DNA from: a virus | Taxonomy: Duplodnaviria; Caudoviricetes | Virus record (IMG/VR): IMGVR_UViG_3300046167_000506 | Coordinates: 1-58,548 of that record | Reading direction: 5' to 3' (one strand) | DNA length: 58,548 nucleotides | Part shown: positions 30,898 through 39,200 of the stretch, piece after piece | Position numbering within the stretch: position 1 is the first letter of the stretch | Layout: each line of letters begins with the position of its first letter | Notes under the pieces: model-generated | The model's database searches: none | What the model saw: only the letters and a program-made list of their open reading frames with translations | What the model was told of the DNA's origin: nothing | Translations under genes and position numbers: made by a program

Positions 30898-31512
30898 TTA
30901 TCGTAGCATTATTGGACTGCCAGCGGCATCCTTCTTTCTTGTTGCTCCACCTACGCCAGCATAACTAGCTTGGTATTGCTTAGGATTTTTTGCTCTGTCG
31001 TCACCCCAGTCTCTAAACAATTTTGCAGCAGCAATATTAGCGTCTTGAAGAACGCCTTTTGTTTTAGCCATCTGCAGAACTTTCTCTGGAGATACATCTG
31101 CGTTTATGCTGATCCCTGCTTTGTCCAGAAGCAGCTTTTTAGCCTCGTCTACTTTAAAGAACTTAAGAGCATCTTCTGAAGTAGCAGAGTAAAGATTCAT
31201 GTTGTGAAAGTTTTCATACTTGCCTCTAAACTCTCGGTCATCCAGAAGGCCTAGGTTCTTCTGCTCTTGAGAAGTAAGGTCTTGTACACGAACCTCTCCC
31301 GGTTCGCCTTTTATCATTTTGCCTTCTTTCTCTGGCTCTCCAGTTGCACCGCCTTCTTCGTATTCTGGGACTTTAGCGCCCATCTCAGCAATGATCTGCT
31401 TAGCCATTTCTCTTTGCGCTGGATCTTTTAACAAAGCCTTTAGCATACCGCCGCTAGCATACATCTCTTTCATTGATCCGCCGGAGCTATATTCTTTCTT
31501 TCCGATTTTCAT
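30898..31512 (-). CDS. hypothetical protein with three YxxGG motifs
   Basis: YSSGG, YASGG, YEEGG in the N-terminal 56 aa. Confidence 0.7.
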   Translation of the reverse strand: MKIGKKEYSSGGSMKEMYASGGMLKALLKDPAQREMAKQIIAEMGAKVPEYEEGGATGEPEKEGKMIKGEPGEVRVQDLTSQEQKNLGLLDDREFRGKYENFHNMNLYSATSEDALKFFKVDEAKKLLLDKAGISINADVSPEKVLQMAKTKGVLQDANIAAAKLFRDWGDDRAKNPKQYQASYAGVGGATRKKDAAGSPIMLR

Positions 31513-31539
31513 AATTAGGTTGTTTGTTACGTAACATCA

Positions 31540-31547
31540 CAAAGATA
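31540..31547 (-). promoter_or_regulatory. Bacteroidota -7 promoter box (TATCTTTG)
   Basis: upstream of 31512, directly after a terminator. Confidence 0.65.
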
Positions 31548-31550
31548 AAA

Positions 31551-31583
31551 AAGAAAAGCCCCCCAATCTGGGAGGCCTCTTTT
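31551..31583 (-). terminator. intrinsic terminator
   Basis: imperfect GCCCCCCA/TGGGAGGC stem with a long T-tract on the - strand. Confidence 0.5.
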
Positions 31584-31755
31584 AGTGCTGTGTGATTACC
31601 TTAAACGGAACTTCTAGTGAAGCACCCTCGTGCTCCTTAAATTTTCCCTCATGAGGCATCAAGTAATAGCGTCCTTTTTTGGTCATCCAATGATAACCAC
31701 TAGGTGCTTTGACGCTTACTTCCTTTTTTGGGTTTTGTTTTCTTTGAACTTTCAT
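31582..31755 (-). CDS. small basic hypothetical protein
   Basis: likely start MKVQRK; KAPSGYHWM..GRYYLM motif. Confidence 0.65.
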   Translation of the reverse strand: MKVQRKQNPKKEVSVKAPSGYHWMTKKGRYYLMPHEGKFKEHEGASLEVPFKVITQH

Positions 31756-31811
31756 CGCAACAGATATTTCTTTTTGCACACTCGCACTCCCTAGGTTCTA
31801 CCGAGCACCAC

Positions 31812-31916
31812 TTATGAACCACACGCTTCACACTCCTCGGGGTTGGAGATGTTACATGCCGGTTGTTCTGCGGTTTCAAGGTCGCTTACCCATGAAGCAA
31901 AAGAGTCTTGTCCCAT
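31812..31916 (-). CDS. 34-aa mini-protein ending in C-x7-CxxC-GS (not in ORF track)
   Basis: MGQDSFASWVSDLETAEQPACNISNPEECEACGS*; AT-rich leader; fills the gap between neighbours. Confidence 0.65.
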   Translation of the reverse strand: MGQDSFASWVSDLETAEQPACNISNPEECEACGS

Positions 31917-31956
31917 AGTATTATGAGTTAAAAGGATTAATAAAAAAAATGGATGG

Positions 31957-32139
31957 TTATTTGCCTTTAACGGCGTCTACAACATCCTTAGCCTCTTCCA
32001 CAACATTACTTACTCGACGTTGCGTTTCGTCTACGGCTGCCGTAATTTTTTCGTCTAATTCAGTTTGACCTAACAAGTAAGCCCAAAAGCGGTTACGGGT
32101 TTCTTTGACCCAAAGCCAAAATACTTTTAAATGTTTCAT
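31957..32139 (-). CDS. small hypothetical protein
   Basis: 60 aa; amphipathic W-rich N-terminus. Confidence 0.65.
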   Translation of the reverse strand: MKHLKVFWLWVKETRNRFWAYLLGQTELDEKITAAVDETQRRVSNVVEEAKDVVDAVKGK

Positions 32140-32141
32140 AT

Positions 32142-33251
32142 CTATCTAAACTGGTAATTAAGTCCACACTTTACGAGATACAAATCTCTGTCCCAATACT
32201 TCATGTATTCTGACTCAACAAATATACCCCAATTTAACCCAACTTTATAGCCCACTATCAAGCCCACGGAATAATCAATCCACTGCCCGTCAATCCAGTG
32301 ATTGGTGGATTCGAGCTGATCGGCAAATTGCTCGTAAGAATACATATGATCCCCGAGTATATGCTTATGCCAAGGCAATATGCTTCCCCAGGTATGAATC
32401 CAAAAATCTTCTTCGTAATGATAATAATCAATACCAGCAATAGCAGACAAGGAGCCCAACGCGCCAACTTCAGAAAGACGAGCTTTGTTATAGTCGTTTA
32501 CAATATCTCCGTATATATATTTTCTAAAGTCTTCATCTGTGTCTGCTACCCTTACCCCGCCTGCATCTTCCCAGTACCAATCAGCTTCGTCAACTTCTCC
32601 GTCGTTGTCAGAGTCAATGCCGTAATAGTGATCTTCGTATCCATACTCAAAAGCAAGTTCCCACCAAGAGTTTGCATCAAGATAATCTCCAATAGGATTA
32701 AAGCCATAAGGCTGATGTTGACGAACTGCAGCTCCTACGCTAATATCTAACTCACCAAAATGTATTCTCAAACGAGAATCAACTTGCGTATAATTAAGAC
32801 CCACTAAACCTTGCTGATAATACTCGCCTTTTAAAATCCAGCGCTTGCTTAAATACCGCAAGAAGTATCTTTGATTAATGTATTCACTCCCCTGCTGGCG
32901 GCCCATATCATACTGAGCTAAATATTCAAAACCCTTTACAGCTCCCACAGTAGCATCGGTAGATGTGTTAGACTGGTTGTGACCATCGTAGAACCTAGTT
33001 TGTCTGTTCTCGTATTCAAACCTAGCGACACGACGAATTCCTATTGTAGCTCTATAATCAAAAGGATTTTCAATAGTTATATCTTGCAGCTCTCCGAACT
33101 GTGTAACATAATATTCTGTTTGAGCCTCCATCGGAGACGCGGCCATAGCGCTAGTGTAAACAGTTGAGTATTTAAAGAATTTCTTAATAGCATTCTGAGA
33201 AAACGCTAGATTAGAAAATATAAAGAATGTTATTAATAGTAGGCGCTTCAT
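32142..33251 (-). CDS. exported protein, possible outer-membrane beta-barrel
   Basis: signal peptide MKRLLLITFFIFSNLAFS-Q; alternating beta-strand pattern; C-terminal GLNYQFR resembles a beta-signal. Confidence 0.6.
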   Translation of the reverse strand: MKRLLLITFFIFSNLAFSQNAIKKFFKYSTVYTSAMAASPMEAQTEYYVTQFGELQDITIENPFDYRATIGIRRVARFEYENRQTRFYDGHNQSNTSTDATVGAVKGFEYLAQYDMGRQQGSEYINQRYFLRYLSKRWILKGEYYQQGLVGLNYTQVDSRLRIHFGELDISVGAAVRQHQPYGFNPIGDYLDANSWWELAFEYGYEDHYYGIDSDNDGEVDEADWYWEDAGGVRVADTDEDFRKYIYGDIVNDYNKARLSEVGALGSLSAIAGIDYYHYEEDFWIHTWGSILPWHKHILGDHMYSYEQFADQLESTNHWIDGQWIDYSVGLIVGYKVGLNWGIFVESEYMKYWDRDLYLVKCGLNYQFR

Positions 33252-33252
33252 G

Positions 33253-33606
33253 TTAGAATTGATTTGCTCCGGTTAGGTCATCTATTTCTTTTTGTATTTC
33301 TTGGTATGACACTGAAAGAGAAAAGGAAAGCCCTGCTTCCCATCTGCGAATTTCCTTTCCGTTTTCATAAAGTATAACCGTGGGTAGAGACCGAATGCCT
33401 TCAGACTCCTTTACAGTGTTGTCTTTGTCTATCCAAGCTGTAAGAATCTTGACGTCTTTTAATTTTGCGACTTCAGTATAATTGTTTTTATTATTCCAAG
33501 TAGCGTTGTAATGTACCACCGCTACACCTTTTATATTTATCTGCTCAGACGAGTTTATAGTCGTCGGAACTACAAAAAGTAAAGCGGCAAGAATTAAGTT
33601 TTTCAT
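33253..33606 (-). CDS. exported thioredoxin-fold protein lacking CxxC
   Basis: signal peptide; VVHYNATWN in place of xDFxAxWC; GIRSLPTVILYENGKEIRR cis-Pro motif. Confidence 0.7.
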   Translation of the reverse strand: MKNLILAALLFVVPTTINSSEQINIKGVAVVHYNATWNNKNNYTEVAKLKDVKILTAWIDKDNTVKESEGIRSLPTVILYENGKEIRRWEAGLSFSLSVSYQEIQKEIDDLTGANQF

Positions 33607-33607
33607 A

Positions 33608-33886
33608 TTACTTCATTTCAAAGAGTCTTTCTTCTATCTTATCTAGTTGCTTTTTGATGTCCTCGACATCTGATTGCGTATTCATGATGGTTTCACGAAT
33701 AAGCTCATCCTTAAGATCGTACTCTGTTCTGCTTATTTCTGGTTTAGGAAGCTCTTTAGCTTCTTTAATATCAGCTTGAAGGTCAAAATACCCCAGGCAG
33801 ATAACCCCCACAGTAGCGCCAATAGCACCCAATGTTTTTAAAGACAAGCCTACTACAGTGTTTTCAGATATTTCTTTTGGTTGCAT
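33608..33886 (-). CDS. membrane-anchored coiled-coil protein
   Basis: N-terminal hydrophobic segment and C-terminal heptads. Confidence 0.65.
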   Translation of the reverse strand: MQPKEISENTVVGLSLKTLGAIGATVGVICLGYFDLQADIKEAKELPKPEISRTEYDLKDELIRETIMNTQSDVEDIKKQLDKIEERLFEMK

Positions 33887-34767
33887 TATTTGGTTTGTTT
33901 TAGATCGTCATATGCTTTCATGTCCATGTTAAAAGAGTTAACTCTATCTACACGGTTTTTTTCTTTTCCTGCCCAGTGATAGTTTGCCCAGTAATCTACA
34001 AGCGGCACTTCCCCGCTAAACAGCTTGCCGAGGTCCGCCTTCGGGTGAGCAAGCTGGTTCATTAAGAACAAATACTTTTGCTGCTCTAAAGAAACAGTAG
34101 ATGCGTCGAATGATTTAGAAGGGTAAGCGTCTTTAACCCAAGAAGGAATTTCATAACTAGCGAGATCTGGATGAGAAGAATCCTTGCCGCTAATTAAGTT
34201 GTATGCACGGTTGATAGCGATAATTCCTCCATGACCATCACCTACTTCAAATTGAAAGGCTCCACGTCCTGGTCCTCCGCCCTTTTGCTTAATAGTAGAA
34301 TCTCCTTTAGATTCATGAAAGATGATGCGAGACATAGCGTCTTCAATCTGGTCCGGTGTTGTGCTTTTAGCGGTGGCTATATAGTTGAGGAGATCCTTGT
34401 ATGCGAGCTCTTTCTTAGGCGGGTCGACCGTTCCTCCGTTCTCAAATCTTTTCTTCTGGGATTTTGGTGGGGCTTTTTTACTTCCTCCAGAACCTCCCCA
34501 AAACAATTTGTTAGCCCAGTAAGCAGCACTCATCTTGCCCTTGGCAATGTTAGCAGCGTGTCTTGCTTTAAAAGATTTACGAGCTCCTTTGGAATAGTTG
34601 TGACCCATCTTCTGGTCACCGAATCTAATAAGACGAATCTTATCACCAACCTTAGCGAGAACAACACCTTTCTTTGTCGCGTGACTAGGTGTGCGCTTTG
34701 GTTTGTTTACTCCGCTAAGCCCATGCTTTTTAAGGAGATTCTTAATTCTTTTTCCTGGATCGCTCAT
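33886..34767 (-). CDS. basic N-terminal domain fused to a lysozyme/transglycosylase-like domain
   Basis: start likely MSDPGK; IRFGDQ..RKSFKARH..SAAYWANK domain, then IFHES..GPGRGAFQFE..YW..YH (lysozyme-like E and GxxQ). Confidence 0.6.
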   Translation of the reverse strand: MSDPGKRIKNLLKKHGLSGVNKPKRTPSHATKKGVVLAKVGDKIRLIRFGDQKMGHNYSKGARKSFKARHAANIAKGKMSAAYWANKLFWGGSGGSKKAPPKSQKKRFENGGTVDPPKKELAYKDLLNYIATAKSTTPDQIEDAMSRIIFHESKGDSTIKQKGGGPGRGAFQFEVGDGHGGIIAINRAYNLISGKDSSHPDLASYEIPSWVKDAYPSKSFDASTVSLEQQKYLFLMNQLAHPKADLGKLFSGEVPLVDYWANYHWAGKEKNRVDRVNSFNMDMKAYDDLKQTK

Positions 34768-34772
34768 AGGAA

Positions 34773-34780
34773 CAAAGATA
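34773..34780 (-). promoter_or_regulatory. Bacteroidota -7 promoter box (TATCTTTG)
   Basis: 5 nt upstream of the ATG at 34767. Confidence 0.6.
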
Positions 34781-34785
34781 AAAAA

Positions 34786-34812
34786 TAAAAGAGGGGCAAA
34801 AAGCCCCCCTTT
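34786..34812 (-). terminator. intrinsic terminator
   Basis: GAGGGGC-AAAAA-GCCCCC stem with flanking A/T tracts. Confidence 0.65.
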
Positions 34813-34876
34813 CAATAGTAAACCAAACTCATCAATTGCCTTATGAGCTATTCAAAGATACGTATAAAAATCTTTA

Positions 34877-35122
34877 TTACGCAACTTCTTCTGCCTCTTC
34901 TACGACTTCTTCATACTCGCCGCTTTGCAGATTAATGGTTACAGATCCATACTTATCCTCAAGACCTTTTTGCTGCTCTTTCAAAACAACATCAAGATTT
35001 TCTGCGTTTTTAACTGCATCGACAATAGCACGACCTACACTCATGTATAAGTTGTTGATGTTGCTTACCGCCTCTTGAACAGCGGCTAATTCTTCTCCGG
35101 TGATTTTTTTTGCTTTCGCCAT
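34877..35122 (-). CDS. small hypothetical (coiled-coil) protein
   Basis: KITGEEL..LEDKYGSVTINLQSGEY. Confidence 0.7.
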   Translation of the reverse strand: MAKAKKITGEELAAVQEAVSNINNLYMSVGRAIVDAVKNAENLDVVLKEQQKGLEDKYGSVTINLQSGEYEEVVEEAEEVA

Positions 35123-35153
35123 AATGATTGTTATTTAACTTAATTAAGTAGTT

Positions 35154-35161
35154 CAAATATA
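35154..35161 (-). promoter_or_regulatory. Bacteroidota -7 promoter box (TATATTTG)
   Basis: upstream of 35122. Confidence 0.55.
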
Positions 35162-35176
35162 ATACAAATCTGCTTA

Positions 35177-35299
35177 TTATGTCAAATTGTCTATGTATTG
35201 CTGGCACTCTTCTTCTGTTCCGTAGAATTCTGGCGTGCCATCGTTTAATACTTCAAAAACAGTTGCTTCTTCGTCGTATGGTGAAATTTCGTAAGCCAT
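35177..35299 (-). CDS. 40-aa acidic hypothetical protein (not in ORF track)
   Basis: TAATG overlap with the upstream gene; MAYEISPYDEEATVFEVLNDGTPEFYGTEEECQQYIDNLT. Confidence 0.55.
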   Translation of the reverse strand: MAYEISPYDEEATVFEVLNDGTPEFYGTEEECQQYIDNLT

Positions 35300-36255
35300 T
35301 AGTATGCGGTTATTGTTCCGTTAGTAATTGTATTAGTGTACTTACTGTTGCTATCGTTAGCGTTATTGTTATCAAAAGTCCACTCTGTTATAAGACCGCT
35401 TGTAACTGTTTGACTACTGTCTGCTATAACACCACTGTTATATAAGGTTGTTACTTCGCTTGAGGACAATACTTTGTTGTATATCTTTATCTCATCGTAG
35501 TCCAAAGTAGCATTACCCGCACTATTGGTAAGGTGTATGTTTTCTCCAATTTTCCCCTTAGTAGCATTAATAGCTGTTCTTGTTCCGTTATTAGCATTTG
35601 ATTGAGAAGTACACTCCGTAGCGTTCCAGTACAGTTTAAATGCGTTAGCTGCGTTTGTTAGCGAAGCATCGTAGGTTACTGTAATCATACAGAACCCATC
35701 ACTATTCACATTCCCTCTTGCACTGCTTTTCCATTTTGCACTACTATTAATTCCAGTAGCAGAATTATTATCGTGTAATGGCCATTGCCTATCAAAGTTT
35801 GTGCTATTAGTCCTTATCCTCGCAATAAGTCTATTTAAGCTTTGGCTATACGTCAACATAAATCTGTTATTGCCGTTCGAGTTTGTATTACCAAAGTTCC
35901 AAAGTAATTGATTTTGCAAGCTGCCCGTGTTGCGTACCCATATACTAAAACTCAAATCTTGCGTAGTATTTATACTAAACGGTGAAGTGCTAGTAGTGCA
36001 GTTTATATAATCACCCGTACCATCGTTTTGATAGTACCTCGTGTTTGAGTATGCTGCGGATGCATTATGGTCATAGCTATACCACTCACTAATAGCGTGG
36101 GGGGCAGAGTCGTTAGGTTTATTAGTACTATTCGTATTAATAGCTTCGTACCCTCCTTCTACTGCAAGGGAAATTGAAAATTCATCTGTTGCCCCCCGAT
36201 TTAACTCGGTGTTTAATTGGGACATTTTTATTTGTCCACTGCTTTGTAATGCCAT
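35299..36255 (-). CDS. tail-associated LamG/concanavalin-A-like domain protein
   Basis: SFSIWV, MITVTYD, KLYWN, DEIKIYNKVLSSSEVTTLYNSG LamG motifs; N-terminal MALQSSG..PHAISEWYSYDH module. Confidence 0.8.
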   Translation of the reverse strand: MALQSSGQIKMSQLNTELNRGATDEFSISLAVEGGYEAINTNSTNKPNDSAPHAISEWYSYDHNASAAYSNTRYYQNDGTGDYINCTTSTSPFSINTTQDLSFSIWVRNTGSLQNQLLWNFGNTNSNGNNRFMLTYSQSLNRLIARIRTNSTNFDRQWPLHDNNSATGINSSAKWKSSARGNVNSDGFCMITVTYDASLTNAANAFKLYWNATECTSQSNANNGTRTAINATKGKIGENIHLTNSAGNATLDYDEIKIYNKVLSSSEVTTLYNSGVIADSSQTVTSGLITEWTFDNNNANDSNSKYTNTITNGTITAY

Positions 36256-39200
36256 TATGAGAATATATCTGAGAATGCGATAACATCGCCTTTAATATGT
36301 AAATCACCATCCGACTCCATACGAGCCACAAACACACCGCCTGCATAAAAGTCTATACGTCCATTGGTTGAATCAAACTGTATGTAGTTATTAGCGTCTT
36401 TACCAACGTGTGTAATACCATCACGCAAGTCTGGTTCTACACTAAATGTTGTACTTGTTAAATCAAGACCACCACCAGCTGAATAAGTTGTGTTTGTATT
36501 AGCATCGGCTACCCAACTAAAAGTACCATCACCATCTGATGCTAATACTTGACCCGCAGTACCATTGCCCGAAACATTTAATTGTAAAGCATTTACAGAA
36601 TTGTCTTTAATACTAAAAGTTAAATCATACGGGTCTGAATCTATACCTTGGTCGGTATCCGTCCAGTTTATGTTAATACCAGTACCCTCTACGAATTTCC
36701 ACTCATTAGCATTATTAATCTGTACCTCTGTACCATCACCATCCTCTACAAAGAAGCCAGTCATGTTTCCAGTAGCACCAGTGCTTATGTTTGTAATGTG
36801 ACCATTTGCATCTACAGTAATTTCGTCAATCTTAGTGCCGTTAGCCGTTGAGCCATAAGTACCACTTAGCGTAGAAGTGTCTTCGTGAGCTGTGTAAGTT
36901 TCTGTAGTTAAGTAACCAGCTTCCGTGTGGTCGCTAAAAGAATCAAAAGCATTAGAACCAAACGTAAAGCTTTGGTTAGTTGCGCCACTTACAGAGAACA
37001 CAAGAGTATTCGTGCTGTCGGTTCTAACAACACCGTCAAGGTAATAATTAGTATCTGTACCACCACTTGCATCGGTTCTCCATGCTGGAACACCGCTTGC
37101 ATTGGTTTTCCACACTTTATTAGCTTGATTAGCACCCGAGGCAACGTAGCCCGCAGCGGTAGCACTGTTGGCTATCCACGTATCAGTATCGGTGTAGTTA
37201 CCAGAATGAATGTTAGTGCTTCCTTGGTCAGTAGTCCAATCTATAATTTGGTTACCGTCCAAATTACCACTATTGTAAGACGTGTATTCTGTTACCGCAT
37301 CGTAGCCAGTTGGTTTTGAATCAAAACCATCATCATTATTGTTTGCGTAAACAGTAAAACTACCATCACTAATGTGACCAGTTGCGGTAAGTTCAGCAAA
37401 TTGACCAGCTCTAATATAAACATCTACAGCAGGGTCTCCAGCATCTACAATACCTACTTCCGTAACTACTTCTGACGAAGCCGTAGAGTGGTTATAAAAA
37501 ACTACATCATAGTTGTTGTCATTGTTTAGTTGCCCTACAATGTGACCCATAGCTGGTAGCACTTCATTACTGTATGATGTGCTTCTGCCCGCAAGGGTGA
37601 TCATAAATCGTGAAGACTGACCTCCAGTAACTCTTGCTATTCTCCAATATGTATTTGAAGTGTTAGATGAATTTTCTAAAGCTCTCCAGTTGTAAAACTT
37701 AGAGTTACCGTCTGACGATATTCCTTTGTTGAATGTTATAAGCTCTGATGCGGAATCCGCAGCATCACTTCTTAGGTATTTGCTTTGTGTTGAAGATGAT
37801 GTTAGATACCCTGCACCATTTGTAAGTTGGTTGTTGTTTGTAGGTATCGTGGTATTACCCGCCATAGCGGTTGTGGCTGTTGTACCTATAGTAAGGTTAG
37901 AAGAACCATTACCCGTTCCTGCACCAATAAGAGTTCTCATCTCAGCAGCAGTTACGCCTCCCGTTAATGCAGGAGTAGACCCGTCAGTAGTAATAGCAGG
38001 AAAATCATTACGATTTAAAGTGTCAAAGTTGGTGTATCCATCTTTAGCTGAAGCTTGTGTAACAGCCCAGCTATCCCCCCATTGTGAGGTAGCAGAAGTC
38101 GCGGCATAACCTAACCACAAGTCCTTAGCAAGAAGCTGAGTATAACTACCACCCTCACCACTTATAAAGAATGCTGTTTTTCCAGAAGTAGAATTTCTAC
38201 AGACTTCAATTGTAGGCGTATGGTAGGGGTTAGAACATTCATATCTAAAGCCTTCAAAACCACTATTAGATTCTGGATTCCAATACCCGTAGATTTTAAT
38301 CTCACCACCTTCACCCGAACTATTATAAGCGTCTTGGTAAACTAAAGTAAAACCACCCATAGAGTAGCCGTCTTGAGGCACATTAGTTTGCACAACAATA
38401 TAAGTACTTATACCGCTATCATCAGACAGCATCGCATGGTTTTTACGCCAGACATGCATGTCCCGGTCACTAGAGTCGGACTGCATTAGCTCATACTCTA
38501 AAGCATAAGTCCCCGCGTGATTATGCGCAGCTGCAGCAAACGCACTGATGTTGCTGTATGCCGCAGAACCAAATATTTCGCTAAAACGTTTTCTACGTTC
38601 CGCTCCATCATCAAGGAGTATAAGCTCATCAACAGTGGTGGTTATATCAGCAGTCATATCAGTTAACTCTGATAAGTCTAAACTTATTGTAGCGTCACCA
38701 CTTGATGTGGTTCCGTCTAATCCAGTACCTACTGTTATGCTTGATATTAATCCACTTAAATCTTGATCACCCGTGTTTGTACCAGAAGACGTACCCGTAA
38801 AACTTGACGAAGAAGCAGCGCCTAGTTCCGCTAAGGTAGGTTTATGACCTTCGTGGTATATTTCTCTAGGTGTGCTATCGTCTACTACATAATTACCTTC
38901 TGCTAATGTTGAAGTATCTAGCTCTACATTACCGCCAGATACTGGTGCTGGTTCTGTGGTAACACTTGGTTTTGATGTGTAAAACCCCGCACCACCAAAC
39001 TTAGTTAAATGAAATTTTGCTTGAGAGTATCTAGTAGTTCTTATGTATATAGTGTAGGTGTCATAATAAGTGCCTACAGCACTTTTAATAACTCTTATAC
39101 CCGCTTTATCTGTGCTGTCTTCCGTGGCGTTATGTAAAACATCTACAGTACCAGTTATTTCTATATTGTCGCCATCATTTGCCTCTCTACCTTGTATTAA

